A stretch of DNA of 64,000 nucleotides from Octopus sinensis (GCF_006345805.1 NC_043004.1:84010001-84074000), one strand, 5' to 3'. Shown: positions 39,759 through 55,500, counted from the stretch's first letter. Notes: generated by a model not told the origin, from the sequence alone. Numbers and translations are program-made.

Positions 39759-40519
39759 CTTCATTATTTAGATACACTATCCCACTGCCATGCGATAAAA
39801 TTGATATATTACACTATCGTTTGCTCTGTACATTTAGATTAGCTGCAGTTAGAGAAACATTCCTCAATATGTATAAGCAAACAAAATGATTAAACGTTGA
39901 AGATACTGATAAATCCCATTGAAAGAACAGTAACGTTTGAAAAGAATCGTTGGTGTTACAAACATTTGCATGATTAGTCTACAGTAAAGGTCAAAATACT
40001 CTATATTTAATGATCTTCATCCATCCGAATTATTCGATGAATATGACGTTGTAATGTTAAAATTTATTCAGCTATCATTTATAAAGAGCGGATATACCGA
40101 ATAACTATTTTATGTATCTCACCTGTATGGAAAGAAAAGAGCTTTAAAATTTTCGGTACAAAAACAGATTTCAATCAATATTTCAACGTAAACCTTGTGG
40201 AGTATAATGATGTGTGTATAATTCTTAAATCCAGAAGTCTGAAATGTTGTAGTCAGAAATCTGAAGGCAGAGGTGTCCTCATGATGCGTATAGACGTGGG
40301 ATATAAAGGAGAATATAACGTATATGTATGCATGTGCGTGTGTGAGAGAGTGCGATAGAGAGAGAGAGAGAGATTGCTATAAATAACTTATCTACCAAGA
40401 TTACTATAAATAATTTGTCCACCAAGTATTTGAGATAGACTCAACAGTGGTTTAAAATACGAGACCCCTGCTCTCTCTCTCTCTCTCTCTCTCACTATAT
40501 ATATATATATATATGTATG

Positions 40520-40573
<54 letters not shown>

Positions 40574-40958
40574 GATATAGATATATATACATATTACATG
40601 CATATACACGCACATATAAACGCATTAATGCATATTTATACAGCAGCGTGTTTCTGCGCATATATATATATATATGCGTATTAATGCATATTTATACGGC
40701 AGCGTATGTTTGTGCGCATGTGTAAGTGAATTTTGTGCATGTAGAAAAGATATATAAGGAAGAAAGTTGGATTGCACCGGAACAAAAATTAATTACAATG
40801 TAAGGAATACAAATTATTCATATTTTCATTCTGCATAAATACTTATATTTCACTATGCACCGGAATATTTTCCAAGGGATATCCCAAATAAGAATGTTTG
40901 GGCCATATATACATGTGCACGTATATGTATGCTCACACGAACACATACACAAGACACT

Positions 40959-41182
40959 CACACAAGCACAGACACTAACGCACGGACACACACACAAGCA
41001 CAGACACTAACGCACGGACACACACACACATAAAATAGATATGTAGATAGGTAGATAGATAGATATACAGATAGACAGACAGACAGACAGACAAATAAAC
41101 AGACAGCCCGGCACAAAGACAGATAGATACATAGATACATATGCAGGTAGATAGATATGTAGGCTTGTAGGTAGGTAGGTAT

Positions 41183-41237
<55 letters not shown>

Positions 41238-41238
41238 T

Positions 41239-41326
<88 letters not shown>

Positions 41327-41330
41327 GTAG
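40959..41330. repeat. 32-bp tandem duplication (40959-41022) followed by a (GATA)n/(GACA)n tract
   Basis: Read directly. Confidence 0.9.
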
Positions 41331-42437
41331 GTAATGATATACATATGCCGATACAAGTGTGTGCTTCTCTACCTATAAATTAATTCTCAGAAATCCTAAC
41401 GTTGTAAAGCATGGAAAATTACCGCCAATTGAAGATCGAATTACATGCTTGATAACGAAATTATAATAATATTCCTTAATCGTACGAGGTGTAATAACGC
41501 TTATCTCATATATAATAAAAATGTACCTTCACACACTCAAATATATTAGCCCTTGCATAAAATATGTGGCATTAAAGGAGAAAGAGTATATTCAAATGGT
41601 TGTAGGCACAAATCCCACACGGAACCGTTGTTAGATATCAGATTTGCTGGATTTAATTAAATTCGTATATTAGAATTTTTTTAGTAGAACCCTGAGACAA
41701 AGTTTATGGGAGTTGATTGTCGATTATATAGATGCCAGATTTGAACTCAACTCTTAACATTAAGCAGCTAAATGTTATATGGCAATGAATTCTTTACCCT
41801 GGTGAGTTTGCCATTCGCTGTCAAATATAATAAAAATGACTCATTTCGAGAGGCACTAGATGGTCTGATTTATCTCTAAACAGATTTATGTATCTTTATC
41901 GATCCTGTCTCTGAGAAATACTGCGTCATCACTGACGTGATTATAGTTTAATGGATGGAAAGTAAACCCTTCTTATGGTTTCCATCAAACGTCCTTGTTT
42001 TTTTCGTGTCAAATGTTTAGGAAACTGCAAAAAACTTGCTTATGTGGAATTAAGGAACTAATCTTTTTTTCTGTGTGAGATTGTTTTCCTTCATTTTAGT
42101 TTCGTATACTAAAACGCTAAGCAAAATGATAACAGGAACAACAAGTATTACATTTACTCTGTGAGAGAAAAAAACAGTTTCTCACTTCTAAAATGTTTTT
42201 CTGACAGTCAGGGGAATTTCCATTAATTTCGAAATTATGTAGAAAAGATTTTTTTTTTCTACAGGCATAGCTATGTCGTTAAGACATTTGTTTCAGCAAC
42301 GCAAAATTTCGGGCTCGATTGGGTTCTGCCACAGTAATTACTTAAAATCATGCCTTTTGTTTGAACAATATTCGCTACTGAAAATCTATAGATTAAATTC
42401 TTGTGCAAATCTCCCGAAAACATATCCGACCGCAATA

Positions 42438-42487
<50 letters not shown>

Positions 42488-42977
42488 ACACACATACACA
42501 CAAACACACACACATACACATACACACACAAACACATACACACACGTAATAATATATATATATGATAATTTACTGATAGGATGCTTGTACATGTGTACAG
42601 AAGAACAAGTATATGTATACACATACACACATGTGTGAACGTAATAGAAATAGGTGGACAAATTTATATATTGTCTTACAATGAAAGTCAGTTAAGTGAG
42701 TCTGATAAATATACATGTACATTCCCGATACAAATATCTATATAGCCATTATAGCTTGGAAAAAATAACTGTTACAATCGTACTGCGCACTTCAAACCTT
42801 GTATCAAGAATAAGGAGAAAGTACAATTACTATCTGCTTTTATATCAAGTTGATGCAGGTAGCTTATCCCCCTCCGACTTGCAATTGTAAAAACGCATTA
42901 TTTATGTGTTCAACATATTTGCCTAAGTACACAATTGTACTTTGGCAAGGAATATTCAGCCTACTTTGTCTCCGATT

Positions 42978-43030
<53 letters not shown>

Positions 43031-43065
43031 TTCTCTCTCACCTTTTCCGTACATATATTCTCTTT

Positions 43066-43470
43066 CTCTTTCTGTTTTACTTGTTTCAATCATTTGACTG
43101 TGGCCATGCTGGAGCACCGGCTTTAGTCGATCAAATCGACTCCGCGACATATTCTTTGTAAGCCCAGTACTTATTCTATCGGTCTCTTTTGCCGAACCGC
43201 TAGGTGACGGGGACGTAAACACACCAGCATCGGTTGTCAAGCAATGCTAGGGCGACAAGCACAGACACACAACGCACCCCCACATATATATATATATACA
43301 TATATACGTCAGGCTTCTTTCAGTTTCCGTCTACCAAATCCACTAGCAAGGCATTGGTCGGCCCGGGACTATAGCAGAATACACTTGCCCAAGATGCCAC
43401 GCAGTGGGACTGAACCCGGAACCATGTGGTTGGTTAGCAAGCTACTTACCACACAGCCACTCCTGCGCCT
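43066..43470 (-). mobile_element. SINE family A, full length
   Basis: Complete head, short internal microsatellite and tail. Confidence 0.92.
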
Positions 43471-45609
43471 ATGTATATTAATTACTTAATCCCTTTTACA
43501 GTCTACAAACTCCGCAATTGTTCTTCAATAATGTAATACATGTTCTAATGTGATATAACATGTTTTACGTATTCACACTTTCTATTCGTTCAATGATAAA
43601 CAATCTATAGCCATTGTTTAGTATGGCGATACGCCGCCACTGTTGTTTAAGTTACAGTTCCACTCGGAATTTTAATGGTAAAGACGGCTAAGCACTTATC
43701 GCACATAGCGACTGAATTACGTCATTAGACGGAATTGTATATACAATATTTGCATATGTGTATGTACATCGATATGTCTTTATTCGTATATTTATTTAGG
43801 TATCAATCTATCTATTTATCTATAAAATATATGGATCCAGTCCCAAAATAATACATGAAAACTAGATTAAATAAACATAAAGAAATTGAAGCTATATCAT
43901 GTGGATGGAGCATTTCTACGATTGTAGGATCAAACGGCATTTGTGTTGAAAATTATGTAAATAGTTCCACATATAATCAAAAACTGGACTGACCGCTCCA
44001 TTGATGACAATTCACAAGAAAAGCAAAATTTTAGAAAGGAGACAGGGTTTTACATTAGAGCAAGGTTTTACAAGCTTCAATAAAGATCCCATGGATTCAA
44101 ATATTTGAAACAATTATGTTTAAATTCCCGAGTTACCAAAATAAGATATTTGGAATAAGTTTATAAAATTTTATGAGTAGTTTGTTACAATATTATATCA
44201 GTTATTTAAGTGAAATGCATATTTTAAAAAATTATTAATAAACGCATGCCAGTTTTTTATTGACATTTTAATAAAGCCAATGCTTAAATTGGATGAAAGC
44301 CACGCTTATTTCTAAAATGTCCCAACGAAATACTAATGTAATATACACTTTCATTTTTTATCATTTTGCAAGATGTTAATACATTAAATCATTTATTGCA
44401 TAGCATTTTATATGCTTATAATTCAACTGAATATACTTCTTTAACCTTCACATTACTGAGATGAGGACGTTTTATTTTAATGTACCCCACATCTATCATC
44501 AAATTTTTGATTTGTTGTATCCTTCATTAACATAAATATCTCCAATTACAGTGACTAGCTATCCAATAAGACTTTAGCATTAATTCTATCATTTAACCAT
44601 ACAATTTATCTGCACTTAGTTTCTACATCGTATGCTAACCACTTCCTGTTATAATCGCCATTATGTTTCTAGATACTCAGTCTCCCATTGAACCTAATAT
44701 TTTGCCCCATATTCTTAAAACAACATTTAATAGATATGCTATCTGCGAAAGACGCAGACCTGACGGAGTTTCGAAGTTACTATAAATTAAATTAAAATGT
44801 TTATATACTGTAGTTGCAGCGTTCTTTGTGTGTGTCTGTGTGCGTACTATTCCCGATAATGGTTTGAGAATTTACCACATTTATATATCTTTACATCAAC
44901 CGTATTGCATGTATTTTACGACACTACTGAAATAAAGGAAACAAAGATATGGAAATAAGGGCCCTAACATATCTGGCGTCAAATGACTGAAACTAAGATA
45001 ACAGAAGAGGAATGTTATAGATTATGCAACAGAAGAATAATTGATAACATAAGTTCTTTATAATAGGCCAAGTACTTTGATTACCAAACTTATCCGAAGC
45101 AAAATATATAATTCGTCGTGTATTTGAATAGAATATATAGTGTTGTATGTGGAGCTGACGTTTCGTTAACAAGTTTCCCTTGATTCAGACAAAATATAAA
45201 AGAACTTGCTATGACATAAAATTTAGCCTTTCTATTTGTGCTTGAATGTTTCGAGTATTTGTTTATAATTGCTCACGGCATAATTAAAAATTGAAGCTTT
45301 CTATAAGAGAAATACAAATGCGAATATAAAATCAAAATAAAATAATTAAATTTTGATACAAAACTAACAATGACAGAATTTATTATATAAAGATATGTGT
45401 TATATGAACACTTGCGTCAATTGAATTTCTTGTTTCTATCTCCCATTTTTAAAAAATGCCTTTTTTATTTTCTTACATCTTTTTTCTTCATCTTTTCAGA
45501 CCAGGTTTTAGTAATTATATGAAAATTGAACATTTAACTCTATTAACTGACTTCGGAAACCATAGGTTTGCGGCTATTTAACAGCTATGCTGAAAGAAGA
45601 AATAAAAGT

Positions 45610-45642
<33 letters not shown>

Positions 45643-46199
45643 TCACAAGAATTGTATAAAGACTTAAATTAAATTCACTTCGTCATCAAACTTTTCAAGT
45701 GTCTCAAAAGTGTGTGTATAATTGTTTATGTTCATTCGATCATGCTAGGTGAGATCTAACACAGATTAATGTGGACTCAATTAATTATAGAAGTATGTAA
45801 ATACTATTTGAAAGTAACTCCATTCAATTTGTGATATTACACCTTCCAACACACATGCCCAGTTTCTGCCTTGAATATCATTAATTGAAAATTAATTTCA
45901 AACTCTGAAAAGTGAATTTTACCATATCAGCTTTTATACTTAATATTGGCTGAATGTCAATATGTATTCAAATATACTATTCAGATATAAAGTGGAGGTA
46001 TTTAAATTTCCTATTTATTTCTGCAGGCATTATAATGATGGTTATGAAAGTCATGCCATAAATATCCATTTTCACACCTTACTTCGCGTCTTCTCTCCAC
46101 CAAACTTGTCTTTTCTTCTCACCTCTCCCAACATTTCTTCTCTTATTCATTAATTTTACTTTCTCATTCTTTTCCTTTCCGTTGCTCTTCCCCTCCATT

Positions 46200-46630
<431 letters not shown>

Positions 46631-47197
46631 ATACAAATTCTTCTCACGTCTCTAAAGACATTACCGCCACAAACTAATTCATGATTATTATCAGCCAAGT
46701 CCATTGTGGAACTTGACATAAAACGGATTTCAAAATTTTCTTTCATATTTCATTCACTGCCATCTGAATAAATTTTGACCCAATATTACACTGACCCAGC
46801 TGAGGAAAAGCTGTGGCTGTAATCACGTTGTATTTGCGCATTTTCCAGCTCAATCCGCGATTCGCGCTATATTAAGCGAAGCTTTCATTATATTGAGTTT
46901 AATAATAAAATTTCAGCAGAAATTGGGAGTGACACTAATTCGGTGCATTCGCATACATAAATACATACATACATACATAAATATATATGTACGTACATAC
47001 ATACATAGATACATATATCCGTCCATCCATACATACCTACATATATGCATACATACGGCCATACATAAATATCCTGTTTTTGGTGTTGAAATTCCAATGA
47101 AGGAGCCATGAATCGAGTTTAGGAACCACCTCTTTCTCTATTGCTAAGAAATCTTGAAATAAAACTGAATGACACTATTACATATACATACACACAC

Positions 47198-47267
<70 letters not shown>

Positions 47268-47269
47268 CA

Positions 47270-47410
47270 CGACAGGCTTCTTACATTTTCCGTGTACCAT
47301 ATGCACTCACAAAGATTTGGTCGGCCCAGGGCTATAGTAGAAGACAGCTGCCCTATTCACAATCAACCCGGAACCATGTGCGTTGTAAACAAGGTACTTA
47401 CAATGCAGCT
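47270..47410 (-). mobile_element. SINE family A, 5' half, diverged
   Basis: cactcacaaagatttggtcggcccagggctatagtagaagac...aacccggaaccatgtg. Confidence 0.75.
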
Positions 47411-47434
47411 ATATATATATATATATAATATATA

Positions 47435-47519
<85 letters not shown>

Positions 47520-47548
47520 GTATATTTATATATATATATATATGTATA

Positions 47549-47591
<43 letters not shown>

Positions 47592-47689
47592 ATGATATGT
47601 ATATTTATATATATATATGTATATGTATATTTATATATATATATGTATATGTATATTTATATATATATATATGTATATGTATATGTATA

Positions 47690-47941
47690 TTTTCAAGAAA
47701 TTGATGAATGTTGCCAAAGTGCATGCGTGTGAGCGAGTTTGGAGTGGACATGCGCAGGAGGGTGTTGCTGTAGAGATTCAATCTTAGAAGCTCTGAGGCC
47801 ATCCTCATACACCAAAAGAAACCCAAGATCAAAAATACAAGGGAGATACAGGAACCTAGCTCGTTGCTACAGCAACACCCTTCTGAGCATGTCCACTCCA
47901 CACACACTCACATGTACGCATACCGGCAACATTCTTGAAAA
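47690..47941. mobile_element. Old MITE of about 250 bp with imperfect TIRs of about 80 bp
   Basis: 47690-47773 and 47867-47941 are inverted, for example tggagtggacatgc...gggtgttgctgtag versus ctacagcaacaccc...gcatgtccactcca. Confidence 0.75.
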
Positions 47942-48086
47942 TGTGGCCATAAGCACGAAATGTTGAATACAAGAATATTCACATTTTTTTTTCTCTGATT
48001 TACCTTGCATTTACATTCCATTGTTTTGGCCTTACCCACGATGATCTATACAATGCATATATACCTCTGTGTGTGTGTGTACATAC

Positions 48087-48122
<36 letters not shown>

Positions 48123-48298
48123 ATTTATATACATATATATATATATATTATATTTTCATTTGTCTTGCTTATTTTTACACTGATTTTTTCCTGAATATTT
48201 TCTTGAGAACACATTCTTCGTGGAAAATGGCGATTTTGACGTCTATATCTAATACACAGACTGTCCACTTTTAGTGGCCAGTCCTCTAAATTTTGTAC

Positions 48299-48329
<31 letters not shown>

Positions 48330-49577
48330 ACGGATTATCCATACAGACAAAATTCTTCAACTGGTTAGTACAGCTTTCCCTATAATTTTAAAGAGCTGTT
48401 TATTTTGCTCTCAGGTATGCTGCAAATGTTTATTTGTATCATTGGTTTAATAGGTATGTATTATGTAGAGAATCATATAGTAAAGAAATAAAGACTTGGT
48501 AATCAAAAGAATCACTACACACTTTTGGGTAGCGTTCTAATTCATTAGCAATGCACTGTTCATTAAACTGAATTACGTAAGTCTTTGTCTTTGCGGCACC
48601 ATGCCGTTTCATCTGGTGATGTACCTTCGCATTTCACCAGAATATAGTCATTCTCTTTCATGGTTTTTCGTGGAACGACAGTAGAATAAGACTTTGTATA
48701 ATGGGTAATTACACAGAAATGAAATACATGTAATGGTATGTAAAATAATTCCGATTGTGATAAATAAGTATGGTATCGAACTAATGTAACGCATGTACTG
48801 TTGTTTTGCCTATCCCACTGAAACTTCAATATTTCTTAAAGTGCTTAATGATCAGATCATTAGAGGCAATCCTATTGAACCTTCAAGATTGTTTAAAGCG
48901 GTTGGCTGTGCCAGGCGATATTTGTGTTATAGAAAGGTATTGTTATCATATCTACATAGCATTGACAGTTATAATTTGTGTTTTCTTGTTACGTAAAAGT
49001 AAGGGGCAGAAACGGATAACAGATAAGGTAAGATTAAAGTTTGCATACTGCATGACATATGTGAGCGCATCTATGATGGATCCGTCACGTAGGACAGATT
49101 TGCTAACAACCATAAAACCAATAAACTTACAGATCTCAAATCAAATCGATCACCAATCTTCGCCTCATTGTTGTTTACTAATCTACAAACGAATGCTCAG
49201 ATTATGCACATTTATCCTAACCAATTTTTTAAAACACGGCCAAAGCAAAGAGAATGCTACTATAGCTTCTATGTTGCACAGCAAAGTGATTCACAGCACA
49301 AATGTAGCTGTAATAAAATAAACAATGAAATGTAAATCAGAAACCAACTGCACTGAAATAATAAATTTAGATACGGACTCTGCCAAAACAAAGAAAACGT
49401 ATTTCAAAATATATTGGAATGAAAATGGAGAAAGTGATAATTATTCAAACAATAAATGTTATATTCGTTGAAGAGGAAGTAACACTGAGTGAAATCTAAC
49501 AGTAGCATCAAACCCAGTGCTAAACGAAGAAACTGACCGTATATTATGCATACATAGGTATAAATATATATAAATAA

Positions 49578-49634
<57 letters not shown>

Positions 49635-49903
49635 TATATATAATATATATATATATATATATTGGTGAATTGAAGAAATGGAGCTGAACGCAGATTGAAC
49701 CAATCTTCAATTCACCAATAATGTTTTAATTTCAATTATCCGCACCAACGCACGGTTGCAACGCCAGATGGTTGTACCTCCAACCGTGCTGTTTACTGCT
49801 GTGATTTTTGCTACTAAGGTATCGGTTAAACTTTTGATTAATCTACTACAAGATTATTCATCTTTCTATTTCACATAATATATATATATATAATATATAT
49901 ATA

Positions 49904-49977
<74 letters not shown>

Positions 49978-50109
49978 ATGTACATATATATATTATATAT
50001 ATATATATGTATATATATGCATCATCATTTAACGTCCGTTATTTATGAGGGCATGGGTTTATATGAGCGTGCGTATGTCCTACAATAATGTTTACTTACA
50101 GTGTGAGTG

Positions 50110-50433
50110 ACCCCCCTCCCCTTCGGTCATGACTGACCAAGGGTTTGCCCCAGAAAGTTACTCTCCGAGACTCAAGTCTGAGCAGTTTGCTTATGGAAGA
50201 CCAGCATTTGCCCATGCATACCAGCCTCCCCTCTCCACGCCATTGATATTATCGAAGGGAAAGGCAAAGGCTAATACAGCTTGGCACCATTGACGTGACA
50301 ACTCATTTCTGCAGCTGAGTCAATTGTAGCGACGTGAAATAAACTGTCTAACTAAAGAAAACAACACGCAGACCGGTTCGGGTATCGAACTCACAACCTC
50401 ACGATCGTAACCACTGAGCCATGCGCTTTCACT
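50110..50433 (-). mobile_element. tRNA-derived SINE family D (CORE/Meta-like), decayed
   Basis: The reverse complement has gcgcatggctcagtggtt, B-box gagttcgataccc, a core-like tttatttcacgtcgct...actcagctg...aaatgagt, and a tail gtcatgaccgaagggg. Confidence 0.65.
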
Positions 50434-52454
50434 ACTTACAGAGTAGTACAAAAATAAATTTGTAAGGAAAAAGTGTCAAACTGGATTATTTTGCATTCAA
50501 TAAAGGAGAAAGCTAAGCCTCGAAATATCAAAATATTGCTAAGAATAGTAACACAGGAAAATATATAGCCTGATATCTTTACGTAAAAGACTATTGTTAT
50601 TCATTGTGTTGTTCAGCATAAAGACGAGAGTCTGCACTTGCAGTGCATCGCCTTGTTTTTCTATGGGAGATATTGTTGTTTTCAAGTCTTTCATTTTTGA
50701 CTTATGGCTTTTAGTTATTGGTTTTACTGCCTGTTTCAGAAACCCCTGTTGTTGGGTACACCTACTGTGTAATAAATAAGAAATTCAGAATAAGTACAGG
50801 GAAGAAATCTTGTGAACATGAAAGGTCTACTTACATAAGACATGATGTAAACATAAGCATGTTCGCTTCAAACGACGTAGCTATAATCATCTGCGAAATA
50901 TCTATCACAATAAAGAAGCTGATCAAGGAAAACCGACCAGGTGTAACAATCAAGAAATGAAAAGCAAGCACACGTACACTGATTGACATTGACAGAACAT
51001 TCCTAGAAGTAGACATACCAGTAGATTCACCCCCAAACACTTTAAAGCAACAGCATAATGATTTGCGAAGCACTGGAAATATATGGCAAATGCGTACACA
51101 CAGAAACACCGCACGCACACACACACACAAACACACATACAAACCCAAAGAAACAGCATATATCTCTGTATGCCTATAACTATATCAATGCAAGGTAAGG
51201 ACAAGTGAGGGAAAGCGATGGTGGAGTGTGAAAGGAAACTTATGAATTTAACAATTTATGCTTTGTCATGTCCACACCTAAGAACGGCGAATTATATACC
51301 ATTCCATACATTGATTTATATCCTTATCTGTAACTCTCTTTCCGAGATTCTGTTCTTGCTTTCTCTCTCATTCTTTCTCTTTATCAAATATGTAGTTATG
51401 TTGTGTGATGTATGAAGATGTGTCGGCGTAACTGCTCACATATTGCACAAATTGCATTTCTTTTTTTGATAATACTCTTGTTTTGATCATCGAAAGATTG
51501 CTTTCACTTGTGAGAAGTAGGAGAAAGTGAAAATACATTTTAAGAAATCATTCACGTAGATACTCATAAATGGAAACACCATATCTGTCAAATCATTTTA
51601 TACGTAATCGAAAAAATCGTTTTATTTATTTTATTTTGTTTTCTGTTTCCTTCTAAAACCGCTTGCTCTCAATTCCTTTGTAACCCTTGTATACAGAGTT
51701 CATACTTACAAACATGTCACATTCCGTACAATTTTTCCTAAATCATTGACCAAAATCTCTTTTACGCCTATCTCTTTAATTCTCTGTTTGTGTTTTCTTT
51801 GTGTCTGTCTCACTTTTTACATACCTCTGCTTCGATTTCGTCGATGTCTGTCGGTTGTTCTGTTCCATTGCCTGACTCTTAGAACGCAATCTTTTTTTTT
51901 TAAGGATATTACAATTTAAGTTATTTTGCTTCGAAGACTGATGAAAAGATTTTTACTGTATGACCAAAATATCGCAAATCGTTTTCTTACTTGTATGGTT
52001 TGCATTGAATACCATGCTTTCATTTCAATTCCATCGTTACAAGGTCTGTATAAATATATATATACATAGATATACATTCACTGAGTGTTGCCATTGAGAG
52101 AATTATGGCGGTACAAGATGACAACACCCACTTGATTTTATAAGGCGAAGGTGTTCTTTGTTAGACTCTCAAAACAAAGCAATATATCGTAAGTTATTTC
52201 CTCAACTACAGTGTGGACTTTTCTATTAGATATAGTTGAAGGTTTCACTTTGATTTTGAAGGGATCAGTTTTCTATTTAGACGAGGGCATGGTAATCTAA
52301 TGTAATGTTTCTCATTATGGAAACGAATACTAGTGGTTTTCTGCTACCTACTGTTACCCAAACTGTGTTTCGAATGTCAATGCAGATGGGTAGGCTTCTT
52401 AATCTTTCTACCCTGTAGTAAATTTATCTTTCTACATTGTCTGTACAATGAAGG

Positions 52455-52671
52455 TACTGGTTTCAAAATTTGGCGCAAGAACAGCAGTTTTGGGACAGGT
52501 CTCAATCTGAGCCCATCGACTCCAGTGGGGAAGTGATACTTACTGTATTGACACTGAATGGATGGAAGGCAAAAACGACCCCAGAAGAATTTGAACTGAG
52601 AACATAAAGATCGACGACATGCCACTAACCAATTTGCTAGCGTGCTAACGACTCTGCCAGTTCGCCGCCTT
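52455..52671 (-). mobile_element. SINE family B, diverged
   Basis: The reverse complement has the head aaggcggcgaactggcagag and a degenerate Nin-like domain. Confidence 0.75.
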
Positions 52672-53070
52672 ATAATATAGAGAAAAATTGTTAAAGCAAT
52701 AAAGATATTAAATGAAACTTGATCTTTGTTAATTACAGGAATGAATTATGAATAATGATATTAATATCTGCTTCTATTCTAATTATTTGTTCTCACCTAT
52801 GTTCAGGGTTAAATAGAATTAATATGACTGCGTTTATAAGTTACTTATGTGAATTCATGATATTATTTTCTCACCGCACCATTGGCAAAAGTTGAATTGG
52901 AATATTAACCTTTTCAGCCAAACACAAATGTACAATCATAAACGCACTCCTTTTCACGACGATACATTCGCATATATGTACTAGTGTGAAGTATGTTCAT
53001 ATGTGTATATGTGTATGTGCATATGTGTATTTCGCTGTAAGTGCAGCCGGGTGAATGAATACACACATAC

Positions 53071-53115
<45 letters not shown>

Positions 53116-53454
53116 ATTGTTCCGCTCCAGTGTTAATTATTTAAAAGGTTTCGTTTATTTAATTTATTTCGAGTAGAATATACAAAATTAATTTCACGCA
53201 CCAAAGTTCACACATACATCAGTTTCTATATAACGTAATATATCGACTAGTCAAACATGGAGGTTGTATTTGGTTACAGTATCTGCTAGAAATAGCAAGC
53301 AGGCATACTACCTTCATCTAACACCGTCGCTATAATGTATGCATGGCCGTTTCAATAATGCATGCTTACGCAATATTTATCAAAAGAACATTGTTAATTG
53401 TTAGACGAGGGCATGGTAATCTAATGTAATGTTTCTCATTATGGAAACGAATAC

Positions 53455-53810
53455 AGTCGGATGTAGAGGGTTCGTTGAACACAGTGTGAGATGACTGTTG
53501 TTATCGCTAGACCTAGCTCATCGTAAAGTCAATACCACCATGACCGATATCCAATCTATAGTGGAGAAGGCTAGCCACTGGATTTGGTTAAAAAAAGACG
53601 ATGAACGACGACTAGAAGGATATTGAGCTTAATTTGATAACCAGCTGATCTAGTAAGCGGGGCCTCATATCAGTGAGGGGAGCCGGTGCGCATTAATGCC
53701 GTCGAGAGGTACGCATTCTCTCCTGATGACCCCATACACTTGCTGGCTTCAGGTATACGGAGCTTGTGACTGGTAGCACTTGCATGTGCAAGTTGTTTGC
53801 AAGACATGTA
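53455..53810 (+). mobile_element. 3' fragment of a HERO-like RLE non-LTR retrotransposon with putative 3' UTR
   Basis: The frame 53456-53626 reads VGCRGFVEHSVR*LLLSLDLAHRKVNTTMTDIQSIVEKASHWIWLKKDD, matching the (E)VGCRGF and EKASxWxWLK motifs recalled from HERO-type elements. It is absent from the ORF track because of one stop. The 3' boundary is approximate. Confidence 0.6.
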
Positions 53811-54537
53811 TGCTTTGAAATATATGTCCATTGAAGTATATTATCAGCTGGTGTTACACTATAGGAAATAGAATAACATATTATAGTACCATATCTACTG
53901 TTGATGACATTTTTGAGCAACAGGACGAAAGACTCTCCATCATTTGTGTTCAAATACTGCAACACCCACGTAAGAAAAGTGTGGGCCGCAAGAGGATCGA
54001 TATAAAAATAAATAACTCTCGTTTAATCACATTACCTGAGAGTATTCTGGTCAACTTATGAACGGTCCAACCGACCCTCATCTATATATACGTGTATTTG
54101 TGTGTGTGGGAGGTATACACATTTACACAGATATGTGTGTGTATGCATTATATTATTCGAACCTTAATTACAAAGGTAATTCTGTTTCGATCTTTCAGTT
54201 AATTATGTAAGGATGTCAAGAGTAAATTATGATACAATCCTGCCGTATACTACATATGTATATATATATATATATTATATATATATATATAATAATATAT
54301 ATATATATATATATACCACTGTGTTAACGGTTTCGTCATTTTCAGCACACAGTCTGCACGGTCACATTAAAAAAAAACATATAATGGAATGCTCACACAC
54401 GCAGATCAATAATTATATAATACCACATATGTTCTCATACTCTTACGAGCATTCATTTTCTATCATATAAACAGAGAAAGACATGTATATATATATATAT
54501 ATATATAATATATATATATTATATATATATATATATG

Positions 54538-54579
<42 letters not shown>

Positions 54580-55263
54580 TATATACCTGTATATATATAC
54601 ATATATATATATCTTCATATTTACATACATTATTAGATATACAGACGTAGGTGTGTGTGTATGCGTTTGCATATATATATGTTTTGCATGTGTGTGTGAT
54701 TCGTTGCTGGTAAGTCGGTGTTCATATATATTTGAAGAAATTATGAAGATTTTCGCGCAATTTTTCATTATGTTTTGAATAGCATATGAATTTCATCATT
54801 GAATTTATGGCAGTAGATTCCGTAAGTCAACCGGCCGGAAACCATTAAACTTTCATCGCACGAGTGAGTCTGCAATTATTTTCAAGCATAACGTGTTAAT
54901 TTTCTTTCTATTGCTCGCCATTACTTCAAAGATAATCAAGCTACCACGCATATATACGATGGACAACTTTTATAATATAATAAGTAGAAAAACTTTGATT
55001 AACTCTCTCCAATTAGTACACCCAGACAGCGTATAAAATTGTGAATAAAAATAATGAGATGCGATGGAAGTGATCCCGATTGGGTTGAAATAGTGGAAAA
55101 ATTTACATTATGTATTGAGGATATGATCTCTGGAATATATGTGGTGATATGTTCAATGTGGGTTACCTGAGATTTTTAACGAATTTAGTAGACGTTTTAG
55201 GGACGTTTAAAAATTTTTATCAATGCAATCAAGCGAAAAAACTGCAGCAACACATGGCAGAGT

Positions 55264-55500
55264 AGTAGTTCTCAACCGGTGTTCATATGGCTCCTAAGGG
55301 TCCATATTATGTTTGGGGTGGGTAGTGTTTTGGTATGTATTGCAAGAAACAACTAGATTTTTTATTATGACATTTTACAATAGTTAAACCTAGAGAAGTT
55401 AATGTGTGAAAAAAAAAAGAAATTAGAAAGAAATCTTAAAGAAATTTCTATAAGACTACTTATTAAAAACGTAATATAGTAATCACAGGGGTCCACAGCG
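55264..55500 (+). mobile_element. Possible hAT-type MITE remnant
   Basis: tagttctcaacc resembles the CAGTGGTTCTCAACC hAT terminus and gggtcc motifs occur internally. No right TIR found. Confidence 0.3.

Noticed and set aside
53693-53965. Minus-strand 90-aa ORF as a host exon
   Set aside because: It overlaps the putative 3' UTR of the plus-strand HERO-like fragment and has no recognisable homology.
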